DNA of 52,563 nt, filler included, from Catajapyx aquilonaris (Eukaryota), in the NCBI GenBank assembly GCA_000934665.2. It is 2 parts of 2 records of this genome, joined end to end, with 100 filler letters (N's around TTAATTAATTAA, not from the genome) between each part and the next. Parts side by side here need not be neighbours in the genome. Positions count along the whole stretch, not along the records: positions 1 to 26,242 come from JYFJ02005234.1; 1 more part is not named here. The stretch is one strand, 5' to 3'. Of this stretch, positions 11,363-24,310 are shown piece by piece. Below the pieces are notes generated by a model. The model had not been told where the DNA came from, did not search any database, and worked only from the letters and a program-made list of their open reading frames with translations. Position 1 is the stretch's first letter; each line of letters opens with the position of its first letter. The position numbers were made by a program, and so were the translations under genes.

Positions 11363-13999
11363 TCATTATATCAGTTTATTTTCTCATTGAAGTATTTAAA
11401 TAGGACCCTAACATGATTTATTTGTCGCATGCTTTCCACTAGTCTGATTATGTGACTAACAAGTCAAGTAACAAGCTTCCACTCTACTGCAACGATTTTT
11501 GAGCCAATCCTTATTGAAACCACTACACCTAAGAGATCCTCCACGTATACGCCCTCATCTTTTTCTATCGCCCCCCTCCCAGTTTCCGGATCCGTTTCCC
11601 ACTCGGTCCTGTCTATTTTCTCTAGAGACGGAGGACATCCCGAATGGACCTCCCACCCACCCTCCCCCCACAGCACAGGGGTCCTTGTCACAGGCAGGTG
11701 ACAGGCAGCAGTGGTCTGTCAGCCGCACCAGTCCACTTTGGACTCGGGGACTTTAACTCTGGCAGTTGTGTCCGTGCCAGCAACTGCCAGCAGCCACTTT
11801 TCAGGGGATGGCGGGGAGGGAGTAGGGGAATGGAGGGGTCGATTCTGGAAGTCAGGCAATTCTACACCCTCCACCAGGACCCACCCCCTACCGCCATCCC
11901 TCACTTCCACCGTCACATTCGCTCGGTTGCATCCATGTGAGTGTATATTGTCCTAATTTGATTTCACATCCTGCTAACTACACTGTATAGTCCTATTCGA
12001 GCTTTCTGGCACTATTTTGCACCGGGGAAATAAAGTTGTACGTCCCCAAATGGATATAAATATTTCATTCTTTTGTTGTTGAAGTGCGCACGTTAAATTG
12101 GACAAAGGGACAGAGGCAACTGCACCGGATAATGTCATTGTATCCATAGGGTGTGTAAATGTTTAATTGGTGTTAGCAACCGTCATTTGTTTGAGAGGGT
12201 TGACACTTGGCACCTCCAGGTGCGGTGCTGTGTGCTATCAAATTCCTCGGCTATAAAACTCAATCAATTGCCTGAATGTTTGCGCGTTAGGTGTTTCATC
12301 ATAAATTATTCTCATTTACTGGAGGCTACTGCTGCCATTAATGAGCTATCATCAGGAAGAACGTTGTATCATACGTTCGTGAAACTGATCAATCACCGTC
12401 GTAAAATGTTACCAAACGACCTTTCCTGTACGTGCAATAAAATGCTGCTTTTCATGCAATGCAATATGCATGACAAAAAGATAATCAACCCATTTTGAAT
12501 ACATAAGCCTACGTTTGTTACCATCCACGTTACAACCTGGAATTAATCAAGATGCTGCCTTTCGCAAAGGTATAGGAGGAGGGGGAGCAGAAATCCGTAC
12601 GTAATAGACCCAATATTTTATCACTTTAAGGAAAATCCTAGTCGGATTACAGTAGATGGACCTCATTAATCTTGGCATGTCTCGGTAGATTTCCATTGAA
12701 AATTACTATCCCTGCCATCCACAGGGGCACCAGGAAATTTCTTACAGTTAGAAACAATGGCGAGTGATTTTTCCCACAAAATGCGCTATTTTTAAAACCC
12801 ATCACTAGGTCTGCATAATCTGCATGTTACGTATTACCTTAACTGTGGAAACAATTAAAGACAGAAACTATTTTGCCGCATTGTAGCAATTTTTTTGCAC
12901 TTAGCTGCTTCGTTCAGTATGAAACATATGAGGTTCAATTTTACAGCCAAGCAGTGGTACAGACCTACACTTATAAGTAATCAATCATTAATTTCTTCTC
13001 GAGAACTTCCAATAACAACCTCCACTCTGAAAGTAGTTCTGTAATATCTTGCCTTCTGGCTATATTTTGCCCCCCCCCCCCCACCCCCTCCCCACAAGAA
13101 GCCCTGCAGCAGCCGTTCTGGTTTCCCTGAAGCATATCCTGAGGCCAATTTAGCCCTTATTTCCCGAACCCCCACAAAATCCCGAAACCAATTCCAAGCT
13201 CGCTCAATCACACCTTCCACTTTGTAGCCTTAATCCAGCTCGACCGGACTTGACCCGACCTTAATTTCAATACAAACCCTTATTCCTTTTTCTCTACTCA
13301 CTGCAGGCAGCCTGGGGGGCGTGGAAGAAGGGAGGTCGACCACCCCCTAGAAACACATGGGCCTTGACACGCACATAAATCTTCCTCCCCCAGTGATCTT
13401 CTTTAGGTCTGCTTTCGGGCCGACCAGGGACAACTTGATGTGACGTCCTGAAAATGGGGTCTCCCTACTTGATAGATAGCCTGGATCCTGGAGGTAGTGC
13501 ACAAATTGACCACTTGGCTCAAAATTACACTGCACCGGAGGAGAATTAACACGGACTGAAAATCGGGCCAAGACTGGGTCAGCTTAACCCAACTCACACT
13601 CTCACAGCCAGGTAGTCTAATGACCCCCATTGTTGATAAAGGAAGGTGGAATGCGACTATACATTTTTTTAAATCATGATGGTCATAATATGAAGAGGTT
13701 ATTATTTGGTCTTAGAAATGCTCTACCTTGTCGTGGTGCTCCCCGTTGGTGCTCCCGTAACCTCAATAGATTTGCCGGCGGTAGCTTCGACTACTGGCAG
13801 GGCCACCCAAGTCGGATAGGTCTTTGGGATATGAGACAGACGAGCGCAGTGGCGCGAATAACCAAAATTCGCTCGCGTCTTGAGGGGATTCGCCGATACG
13901 TGAATGCCTGTCAGAAGCGAATTCGCTGAAAGCTGAAATTCGCTCGTTTTTGTATTTTAGTCGCGTACAGGTATATATTTATTTTATTTAATTATATAT

Positions 14000-14230
14000 A
14001 TTTTACCCCGTGATACAGCTGTAAGCCGTTATAGGGGGGGGGGGGGTATACCACCATCAGTTTTCTAGTGTTTTGCAACTTTTTCTTCATTCTCTGGTGC
14101 AAGGAAACAGGGACATTGGGAAATGATAGGGATTGTTGGGGAGGGGACACTTGTGCAGGTGCAATGTCTTAAACCTTTGGGCCATGTGCAGTCCCCCATG
14201 AGGTTAGGTTGCCAGACACCTCCACCGGTA
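14000..14230 (-). mobile_element. 5'-truncated SINE-like remnant related to family D
   Basis: Minus strand AGACATTGCACCTGCAC...TCCCCTCC resembles the family D body. It ends TATCACGGGGTAAAA like family B. Confidence 0.5.
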
Positions 14231-15992
14231 TATATGACCGGTATACGCGTATATGAACGCTACCAGCCTTTTTTTCTCTTCGTTTCTGTCTCCAGCTGTC
14301 CCACCTTTGCATCTTCTACTGCCAGATATCAATAGTTGCTTTGGCTTCTACTAAATAAACCAAACCAAACCTTCGAAATGGTCAGTGGCCCTCCTGCTGT
14401 AAATCCTGCTGTTACCGCTGTAAATACCATCCTAGGAATAGAACTACCACTCGAATTATTGTAACTCGTAACAAATTGGCCTTACCTATGGCATACGAAA
14501 TATATAGTAGTGAGAGTGGTCACCCCCAACTCTCCCACTGTAAATCCGGGTTGAGACTGGTTACCGCTGCATCATGGCTTGGGCCTAACTCCCCGAATAA
14601 TTTTAATCCCCCATGATTGCTGTGCTGTGTGTAAAGCTCCCCCACAGTTCCTCCCACCCACCCCCCAGCTTCTGAGGTACACGTACTTTTGGATAATTGT
14701 TTACTCCGGGCAGACAGGCAGTTTCCACCCCAAAGTAGGTGCACTCGCTTGGATGCAATTGGTTTACGCGGGAATTTATAATGCGGGTAGGTAGAGACCA
14801 AGTGGAATTCCTCAAAGTGTGTTATTCTCGTGGGATTACCTTTCATGTCGCGAAATCAGTTCGGAGCAATTGCGTATTCAAGGTGGCATTAGAATGATGT
14901 GCAGGTAGAGCTGGAATTATGTGCGGGTCATTCCACTTCAGGTGAGGTTTGCGCATCCGATTTGAAAGTTGGTATGCCCTGGAGGTTTATACGACCATGT
15001 AGATTGTGTTTTGTCAAATATGTGGAGGTTATTGAGTTTCCAGAGTGCAGTCATTGGCTGGAGACTATTCCTGTCTGCTAAACATGATGTGGGTGTTTCC
15101 AGTTCAAGAGAATGGGCTGTTGACACTAGCAACCAGTTTTTTAAACAACTAGTTGCTAGAATAAAATTACCTTGAACTAGGGAATAGAGCAGTGCACAAC
15201 CGGGTATTAAAAATTATTTTGAGCGAATGTTGTAATGGGACATTTCTAATTCCTTCTAAGCTGCACACTGCACAGTCTAATATTACTTTCCAGTTCGGCT
15301 CATTCGCTGCTCCTATCACTCAAAATAAAAGATCATTATTTTATGACCTTAATATTTACAGACTTTATCCAATAATGATGGACTCTTGATTGATTTGGAG
15401 GCGGAGTTCATTGTCTGAGAACAGAGATGGTTTATATGCATGTTACAATTTTATTGCCTTATATACCTATGCACAATCTGAAGTCAATGGAGATACCATT
15501 TTTCAGGCCTATATAACTGAAATTCTCCATATCAAAATAAACATTCTTTGTGTGTTCGTAAATGTTGTTTTGGCAGAAGAGTAATCATGAATCCTACGAT
15601 ATTGAGCATTTAGTGTGTTCCAATTGAATATGAATTTTTCGTACCACTCTACGGAATATGAGTAGCAATAACTTTATGAAATATGTACATAGAGAGAGAG
15701 AGTACAACACGTCAATTCGGAGACATTAATGAAAGCATTTTTTAAACAACGCGAACGGTTTGACCAGTTGTCAGCACCTGTGACGTCATTCTGTCACAAC
15801 AAACAATGCAAAAACCACTCAAATTACATGTTGTCAATTACATGTTGAGTGGTTTTTGCAGTTTAAGTTGCATAGTAAGTATCAAAATCGCGATGGACAT
15901 TTCAACACTGGAACACACTTTATACTCACATACACACTGGAAGTGATTAGCAAGGATTCACATGTGCGTTATCGTTGGAGTATTGCTTACGT

Positions 15993-18300
15993 TCACAGTT
16001 TTACTTCCTGAAAATGACTTCCTGGCGACTCCTGAGCATTGTATTGTGACGTGTCACCTGCCCTGGCAACAGGCACTTGAGTAGGTTGATGCTTGAATGT
16101 TGATGCCAATCCACTTCCCCCTGCTTCTTGCTGCTCTTTATCTTTATCTTGGGTTTCAAGTAGAGATGACTCGCTACTAGCGCCTCCAAGATGAAGCTGT
16201 AAAAGGTCACAATATGCAGTATTTTGGTGTAATGACTACATGGCAAAGGATGTGGTTTTCACCAATATTTGAAACAACTGAAATAATTATGTTGTTTTTA
16301 CCTATACGGCTGGCCTACATACGAGACTAGGAGTGTTGTTAGTCTATAGGAGTTCACGTGAATAAGTCACGACTAGAGACGCAGATTATACTTTGTCACA
16401 AGCTTCCGGAAGCCTTTGCAATAACATATGATAATTTATACCCGCAAAATTAACGGGACTCTTATGTGCACCGACGACATGAATATTTATCAATGTGTTT
16501 CCTTGAAATATATGTTCAAACGTGAGTACAATATAACTTGGAGCTTTTATATGTTATGGCCAGCCCAAATTTTAAAATGAGGTCAAAAAATATCGAAAGG
16601 ACTGTACACAGGGACAAGTTGCAGGTTTTTTGTGCAGGACGAAAGTTTAGTGTCTGCGATCAAGGCACCAATAAAACTATACTTGGTTTCAAATGCCATG
16701 TTTCCGCCTGGAATGTGACAGTATTTTGACTTTTACGCTCATCTACAGGGTAAGGTGCAACTAACGGAAAAATATTTTGTTAGTACAGTACAGTAGTTGT
16801 AAAAAGTTCGTTTCTTGTCTCGTCCTTTTTGTTGCAGCCTATAGGCCCAATTTATTTGAAGAGAAATTGAACAGCCCTACATTTCTCCTTCAAAATGTAA
16901 TATTGCACTAATTTTATCACTCGACTCATATTCAACAAGGCGGTGATTAATTTGGAACATCGTTTGCTACACATAAGTAAGACCTCTTGTTCTTAGGTAC
17001 TTCAACATATATACAAGATAAGTCGTAAACAATGCAGCCCACATATTTGGCTGAAGATCACGAACGACGGCGGAGATTAGTTTGAAAACTATGTCAAACT
17101 ACTTGAGAGAACTACAGGGTCGTACCATGAGGCATTTGACCCGTCCACTTTACGTGCCAGGTAGCGGAAACTTTCGCTTCAAAAAAAAACACGCAACGCA
17201 ATTGTGTTAAAGTAGTTTTGCAAAACACGGATCATATGAATACCCTTTTTTTAAAAAATAAGAGCTTGCTTTACCTACCCAAGGTAGAACAAATCATGCG
17301 ACAACATTGTTAGGCCTACCTTAAAGTCAATCTTGTAGGCGCAAAGTGCTGTTTCGATGAGGTATAAAAAGCCGTTAACAGCAGAAATGGATGACATGGC
17401 AATTGCACGTTTTTTGTAGATATCATCAGGCTCATTATTCCAGTTATTAAGGATGATGGCTGCAGATGCCCAGTGCAGAATTACCCCCAAAAAGTTGCCA
17501 AATAAGTCCTGTGGGGAAAAGCATAATATTGACCTTAGTTTGTGTATCCAAACTCACTGCAGGTGTCTCTCGAAACGTGGTGACTTCAAGTATGCATTTA
17601 AAACAATTTAAATAAATTAATCATAAATATAAAATAAATTAAAATAAATAATGTAAGTGATACAGGGGAAAATCTACCATCCATATCCCATATGACTATG
17701 ACTATCTGAGCAACAAATGCACACCTACACCTCATCTTTTAAAACTTGATGGTTTTCAAGTGCAACAGTACGTACCTGCCCAAAAACATATTTATCATTT
17801 GATTAAATAACTTATACCAACAGATTGTGTGTTAACAGATTTCCTTCAATCTTGATACACAATCACAGGATTGTGCATTGTTGAATCCGTACTACATGCA
17901 GCACTTGGCAAACACAAACTTTAAACATCTAATCAGTATCGTAATGTCATGTTACTTACGGTGGCAGTGTGGTGGAACTTTTTTTCCCCCATAAAGTAAG
18001 AAATGCATAGTCCTCCACTGAATATGATGAAAGCTCCAAATGTAACAAGGCAGAGAACGTATCCATCGTTAATTTTAAGTTCTTTAGTGATATGAAGAAA
18101 ATCCTCCGATCCTCCTAGTCTGTAGATTAAAATGCAGGCTAAGCCAAGTATCTGTAACAAAAATATTTGCAGTACTACATTACCCTCAAGCTTGAATATT
18201 ACAGTGTTTGGAACGCTAAACTTACGGTTTGCAGCAGTTTCAAAACACTTTTTGCGTGACTTAAGAATACATCTTCTGAGTAGTTAGGGTAGCACTTCAT
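15993..18300 (-). CDS. Snakeskin-like four-transmembrane protein (smooth septate junction family), about 219 aa. Exons 18300-18226, 18151-17960, 17508-17320, 16196-15993
   Basis: All introns are GT-AG, phase 0. Translation ...VLKLLQTILGLACILIYRLGGSEDFL...DGYVLCLVTFGAFIIFSG...DLFGNFLGVILHW...AIAMSSISAVNGFLYLIETAL parallels Drosophila Ssk motifs as remembered. The last exon is less certain. Confidence 0.8.
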
Positions 18301-20459
18301 CTTGAACACTGTTCAGCAGTGAGACCAAGATTATATGTTTCGTAATGGTGTTGAACCGGTGCTGTTATCGGCTGGCCCCCACGCAGATGCCGATTTCATC
18401 CTATCGGGATAGACGCACATATTTTGTCACTGTCAAGGATTCTTATCATATTATCATCCTCTAAGTAACTACCTTCGGAATGATATCACCGGAGGTGATC
18501 TTAAGTGGATTTCAAATCTGTCATAACACCGGACACAATTTCGAAAAACTAACTCGATTTTTTGGAATAAAATTACAGGTAGATGAAAATTCTAGGCGGA
18601 CTGTATGTCTTTCAAACTATTGTTACGGGAGGGAAATGGGGCAAGGTCATGAAATCCACTAGATAGATGCAGGCTCTCACGTATCCGTCAAGCTTATACG
18701 ATAATTCTTCAGATTGGAAAGTCGGTCTTGGCCATCTTCATACCTTGACACCTCAAAATCTTCCTGAATTTGATCTAATGTGAGCAGTTGACAAAATATT
18801 GCAGTTCCGAACGACACGACGTCATACTGTACTGTATGGAACACTTTGTGACTGCATCTCCCCCACAATTTTGTAATACATTTTGACAAATCATCTAGCG
18901 AGGACAAGCTTGAATCCAAAAACGTAGAAAAGAGTGTGGAAAGTTGCCAAAGAACGAGTGGTCCGTATATTTGTTTTTTAAAAATACGCTTCCGGTGGCC
19001 TCTGGGGAGCGATTTCCNCCCCCCCCCCCCTCAGTCCTCTACCGTACAAAAGGCTCGTAACCATATTCTATGTCAGTATGAGTGAAATACGATACGGACT
19101 CTGCTATCAATTCAAACAGATGCAATTTCCCGGATGGGATAGTCTGCCATGTTTTTTGTTGTTTTTTTTGCTTTAGACCAAATGAAGTTCCAGGGGATGG
19201 GTGGTAGAGAGCAATTAAAGTAACAAGTACAATTGGGTGGGGGTAAATGAGTAAGATCGGCATCTAGGCTTTTCCACTTTCCCTCACTGCAAAGTTTAAA
19301 GGGAGTTAGTAATGATTTGCCCAAAGACTGTCCTCTAACGCATGGAGATCTAATTAAAACTTTTGTTCCAAAGCTGATTACGTTCCACTAAAGTCAGTTT
19401 CAGAGTTCATTTAACGGACGAAAACAGCCGTTTATAATAAAATTAACACGAGTTCGCCCCCTACTACCCACACCCCCCTCTTTCCGACGCATTCCTTGAG
19501 GAATTGGCCAAAATGGCGGCCGGAAAGGACTACAGGAGGGGGGGGGGGGGTGGAGAAGAAATGGTATACGATTCTCTCCTTAATTGCCACATAGAAAAAA
19601 AGGGGTCCGTCTTCCTTCTCTACACATCTTCAGAGCAGAATCCATTAGCTTGATTTAGAGCAACATCTGACGTTTTTCATGTCTCGACTCCCACTTTTTC
19701 CAGCTTGTTCCTGCTTTATTTCTCCAGGGCCTAATGCACTGGAATAAAACCTCTTTTTTTCCCCTTTCCTCCCACCCAAGCCCCCCCATTCCCCCTAGTT
19801 GGTCCCCCCTTCCCTTTTCTCACTGGGGACTCACATTTCGGATCTACAGAGCCCCGTGTTATGTCAAAAAACCGCACGAATCTCTAAGGACGTCATGTCT
19901 CTAGACTGGTAATGAAGCTACCTGAGAAAGTTCAGGGGGTCCATTATGGACCCAAAGTTGTCTCTCTAACATCGAACTGTCAGCAAGTTTCAACTCTCAA
20001 ACCCTCAGACTTGAGCACACACACACACACACACGCTGGAGCTAGAAACCTTCCCCAGCCCCACTCTCTCCAAAAGAGAGAAAAACTTTATCTTCAGCTA
20101 TAACGATGATTGGGAGTCACCTCGGGGAAACTGGGGGTTCTCGAAATTGCTACCATTGATCGCTCCCTTGTTTTATGGGAATTGAATCGGCGTGAAAAAA
20201 TAAAATCCGGTATTAACCAACGACAATGTCGTCTCTTGTCACCAGATGTGATGCGGCATCAATAGGAAAGATTGTGAGACCTTGCAATTAGAGTATGAGA
20301 ATGGGCCCCATCATTGCATAAGTTGGTGGAAGCTTTGAAACTATGTAAGCATCAAGAAGTCCAAATATTGTTTCTTGCAGGAGTTTCATCGAGGAGAATA
20401 TTACACTGGTTATAACGTAGGCAGCCAGCAGGAGTAACGTAATCAAAGTTATGTCATAA

Positions 20460-20678
20460 CTAGCTGCGGCACACGGCGTGCCATCTGTGGTCCTCCTACT
20501 CAAACACCTTCAACCTCTCCCGCCTGTATAACGGCAACCATCATTGGCCTGCCATCTGTAGTGAACCCCCAACACCGCCATCCTCTCCCGGCCTGGGGGT
20601 GGAGCACAGATGGCAGGCAAATTACGGTTGGCAGGTGGGACAGACAGACAGACTCACAAACGGCTTTATTTATATAGA
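20460..20678 (-). mobile_element. Non-autonomous Helitron, copy 2
   Basis: Same A|TC...CTAG|T termini and shared internal sequence with 6462-6716, but different internal deletions. Confidence 0.85.
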
Positions 20679-21072
20679 TATATGCACTATGTGACGCATC
20701 GGTTGTCATTAGCAATATTTGCAATAAGCTTCTTATTAGTAAACAATTACTTCACCCAATTACTTCCTAATATTGGTTAATAATATTATATCGAATCAAG
20801 GAGTAAGTGTACTGTACACCTGAATAAGAACACTATTTATGATTACACGTAATTGCTCATTTTTCGCAGCCTACCGTATTGTAGATTCTACTTGCAAAAA
20901 GTAACGGTGGAATTTCCGTCCCACTGCTTGTTGCTGCTAACTTAGCAGTACCAGTGTTGGCAATGGTAGACTTACTGCCAAGTTAGCAGTAATTAGCAGT
21001 GGGACGCAAATTCCATCCAGTGTCTATTCCATTAAAATAGCAGCACCTAATATTCATCAGCTCCACTAGCTT

Positions 21073-21403
21073 TTTTTTTTTGCATTACCCCACGGGGGGA
21101 GCTACCTACTCCTTAGCGGGGTGGATTACCACCATTGGGATTTATTGGAGCGAATTAAGAAGATCTTATTTGTTACTCCAAGGGTATGTAGGAGGGGATG
21201 TGCAAAGTGCATGTGCAATGTCTGTAACGGTCATTTTGTGTGCTCCCCCGGGTGACTTAGTCTGTCGGAAATTGCCACCCGAAATGAAGCCAGAGATGGC
21301 CCAACTCTGCACGGATAAAGGTGGGAACCCCGGGTGGGGATCGAACCCGGGACCTTAATATCCGTGGGCGCGAGCGTTACCGCTGCGCCACTTCCCCTCC
21401 CCA
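21073..21403 (-). mobile_element. tRNA-derived SINE, family D
   Basis: Minus strand A box TGGCGCAGCGG, B box GGTTCGATCCC, ending CCCCGTGGGGTAATGC plus poly(A). TSD ACTAGCTT at 21065-21072 and 21404-21411. Confidence 0.88.
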
Positions 21404-22840
21404 ACTAGCTTAAAAATAGTAAATTCAGTTGAAAAAATTCCTTACATTATAAACATCTTCATAACATCAATTCTAACTCTTACTTCTTTACAAAAAAAAT
21501 TCCTATCAGAGAAACTATTGGTATATTCTCACTGGAATCACAATACTGAGAAATTGGCAACAGTACAAGAATACCTATATTTTCAATGAAGCCTTTTGAG
21601 TCGATACAAATTACAGTAGATGCTATAGACTGCATTCTTCCACTCAGCTTTTTCTATTTCATTTTTTTCACATTTTTTTTTATATTCCTTTTTCTTCAGT
21701 CTAGACATATTGCCGAAGAAGCGAGATATCAAATATTTGCTCCCTCGCTGATCTTAGAGAGCGTAGACGTAGAAAAAGAACAAAGCGTCACAGAAATCAT
21801 CCAGTCGGGCAATAACAGGTCCCAAAGGGGCCAGGAAGCAACGCAATTTCAATTAATAGAGTGCCATTGCTGCCTGTATCCAATCTAGCGTCACTAGGTT
21901 ATGACCCCACCAAACAGCAATTTGGCTCGCATTTGCAGCTGGGAACTCTTTGAAGCGAAGGAGTTATTAAATGGGCAGGTGCGTTGAAAGTCATATCCGA
22001 TGTTAAGTTCATACGTCCACACAGAAGCAGTATTAAAAGCCATACCTCGCTACTCTTCATTACGATCATAAATAGCTTTACAACCCCTTTTAATTATCTG
22101 AAGGGGCTATTGACCTCTGGGTCCTTTTTTGACCCAGGAGGTTTTCCAAGAATGGCTAGTGAATGACACAGGCCCGCCCACACGCCATTTCATCTGGTGG
22201 AAGACTAACGTCAATGCTGCACGAGATGGCAGTTTTTTTCCCCGGGACATCTCCACACGCATTAAGGTGACTGTCACTCCTGATTAAGAGTATGTTAATT
22301 GGCATTTTTGCCAGAGAGAGAAAAGCAGACTCGAGCCAATTAAACGGAGGCAAAACAGCTCTTATTCGCAATAACATCATTAATAGGCCTACGCATAATC
22401 TAGTTTTAAACCCTCATGGATTACACTGTACTGTAATAATCCCGAACCTCTTTAAAAATAGCACAAAAATAATTGACAATCCGTCGTTTTATATAAGTAG
22501 CATATATTGTTGCTATAATTGGATTAGCAAGTTTATTGAGTTAGATGGTAACATGATCCTTCATGTATAAAAGATAAATCGGCTGAAACACATTAGTATG
22601 GAAACGTGTCGAAAATATATGTCACATCGATAATCAATATGCCAAATGAAGTGGATAACGAAGCGAGTTTTTCCTCACGGCAAGCACTCTGATCCCCAAA
22701 TCGTAAAATTTAATACTTTACTGGAATCAACTGTGGCTTCTCTAGGTGCTTCATCTACTGCTCAAATAAAATTACTGGCCGCACTTCCAGCAATTTTTAA
22801 TCAAATATTATGTATTATGCCTATGTCACAGGAACATATA

Positions 22841-23202
22841 TAGGGTGTTTGTTACTAGTCCATAAGCCAACGGCCGTCCGTGTATTCCTTGAGCCAAAAG
22901 AAGTCGAAAATGTAGGGGGAAGAAATGTCCAGAGAGCAACCGTTAACATGACCTTGACCTGAAACTGCCAAAGGAGCAGGATATGAGGGTGAAAATTGCG
23001 ACTGTAGGGATTCGCAAGGTCACCTCTTTCACAGAAGTGATTATCACCGCTCATATCCTGCCAACACTTCGGCAACCACCAATGTTTCTGGTCTTCTACC
23101 TCGTTAACGGTTAGTCCCTCGACATTTCTCCCCCCTATATTTTCGACTTGTTTTTGGCCCATACGTTGACGGCCGTTGGCTGGACTAGTTAGAAACACCC
23201 TA
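22841..23202. mobile_element. Tc1/mariner-type MITE
   Basis: TA|TAGGGTGTTTGTTACTAGTCC...AGCCAACGGCCGTC versus GACGGCCGTTGGCTGGACTAGTTAGAAACACCCTA|TA. Confidence 0.8.
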
Positions 23203-24310
23203 TAGAACCAGTCAAAGTGACATGCAGTACTTACTCCGTATAGGGAGGATCGCCTGTGTGTCGTTGCAGTACAGTACCAACTAACATGGGAACCTTTGTG
23301 TACCTCGTTTAATATTTCACCAGTGGCATTTTATTTACACCGCCAGACTCGTATACAATAAGCAGGAAAAGTTACTTTACAATCCTCTCTAGTGTAACGT
23401 ACAGTACTATTAAAGGAGTCATATTTTTGTGGATTTCATCTTTCATGACGTATCCAGAAAGCCTCGCCACAATGAACTGCAATAAATGAATAACCTAAGC
23501 GACTGGCAAAACAAACCATGCTGTATTCCCAAGCTTACGTTTTTATTTCCATGCTTAACGCTACAACAAGTTTTGGTTATAAATTCTTCATTTAGAAAAC
23601 ATCCATAAGCCAGGCTTGTTAGTTCACAAGTTTTTGGCATAAATTTAATAACTAATTGGAGCAGACTATCATAATCGAGTTTTCTACTCTTTATGAGAAG
23701 CCAATAACTGGAGTTAACGCAGGCGGTAGATTTAATGCCGTTATAAAGCTTTGAGCACATGAACATTCGGGAGCCCGTTGTCGTCAAAAGACTAGCTCAG
23801 TACTATACTTATAGCGTTACACAGTAATTTGAAATACAGCACAAAATATATCGCTAGTTACAAGCACAATCTACCATCACGTTGATTGGATTAACACAGC
23901 ACGTTTAAATTGTTAAATAAAATATTAATTTATATTACATTAGTTTTTACAAAACCCAACTCCAGTGTATTTATTGAATGGTACTTGTCAAAAAAAGTAA
24001 GAAGGAACTTCCCCCTAAAAAGCGAAATTACAATATCGTTATTTACTGAATTTCGTTGTAAGCATAACTGTACGTTGTAGCGCCTGAGGCACATGCCCAC
24101 ATTTCCCCTTTGTCAGCTCAGAAAAATAATTGAAAAACCTTCAAGTGCGAATGCGGGTGTGTTATTTTTTTCGCTTTTAAGGGAACAAGAGATAATTCCA
24201 GGTATGTTTACAGAAAGCCCTTTGTTCCTCCTTGACTCATGTCTGTTGTGCGCACAGTATATACAGTGTAAATAAGTGTAGCTTTTTCATTACAAATATT
24301 GTGCTACATG

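Noticed and set aside
10888..12040. Possible solo LTR (TGTAAC and TGTCAC ends, AATAAA signals)
   Set aside because: No matching TSD, PBS, PPT or second copy was found.
14340..15180. Possible LINE remnant upstream of the SINE-like tail
   Set aside because: No RT, endonuclease or RNase H motif is recognisable in the short ORFs.
18681..18775. Exon-like segment (DQIQEDFEVSRYEDG...) upstream of the snakeskin-like gene
   Set aside because: Its open frame cannot be spliced in phase to the ATG at 18300. It is at most a 5'UTR exon.
19509..19521. YY1-like motif CAAAATGGCGGC
   Set aside because: A single short motif with no gene or element that can be linked to it.
20903..21021. Imperfect inverted repeat (GGAATTT..GTCCCACTGCT)
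   Set aside because: Probably a decayed MITE, but its ends and TSD could not be defined.
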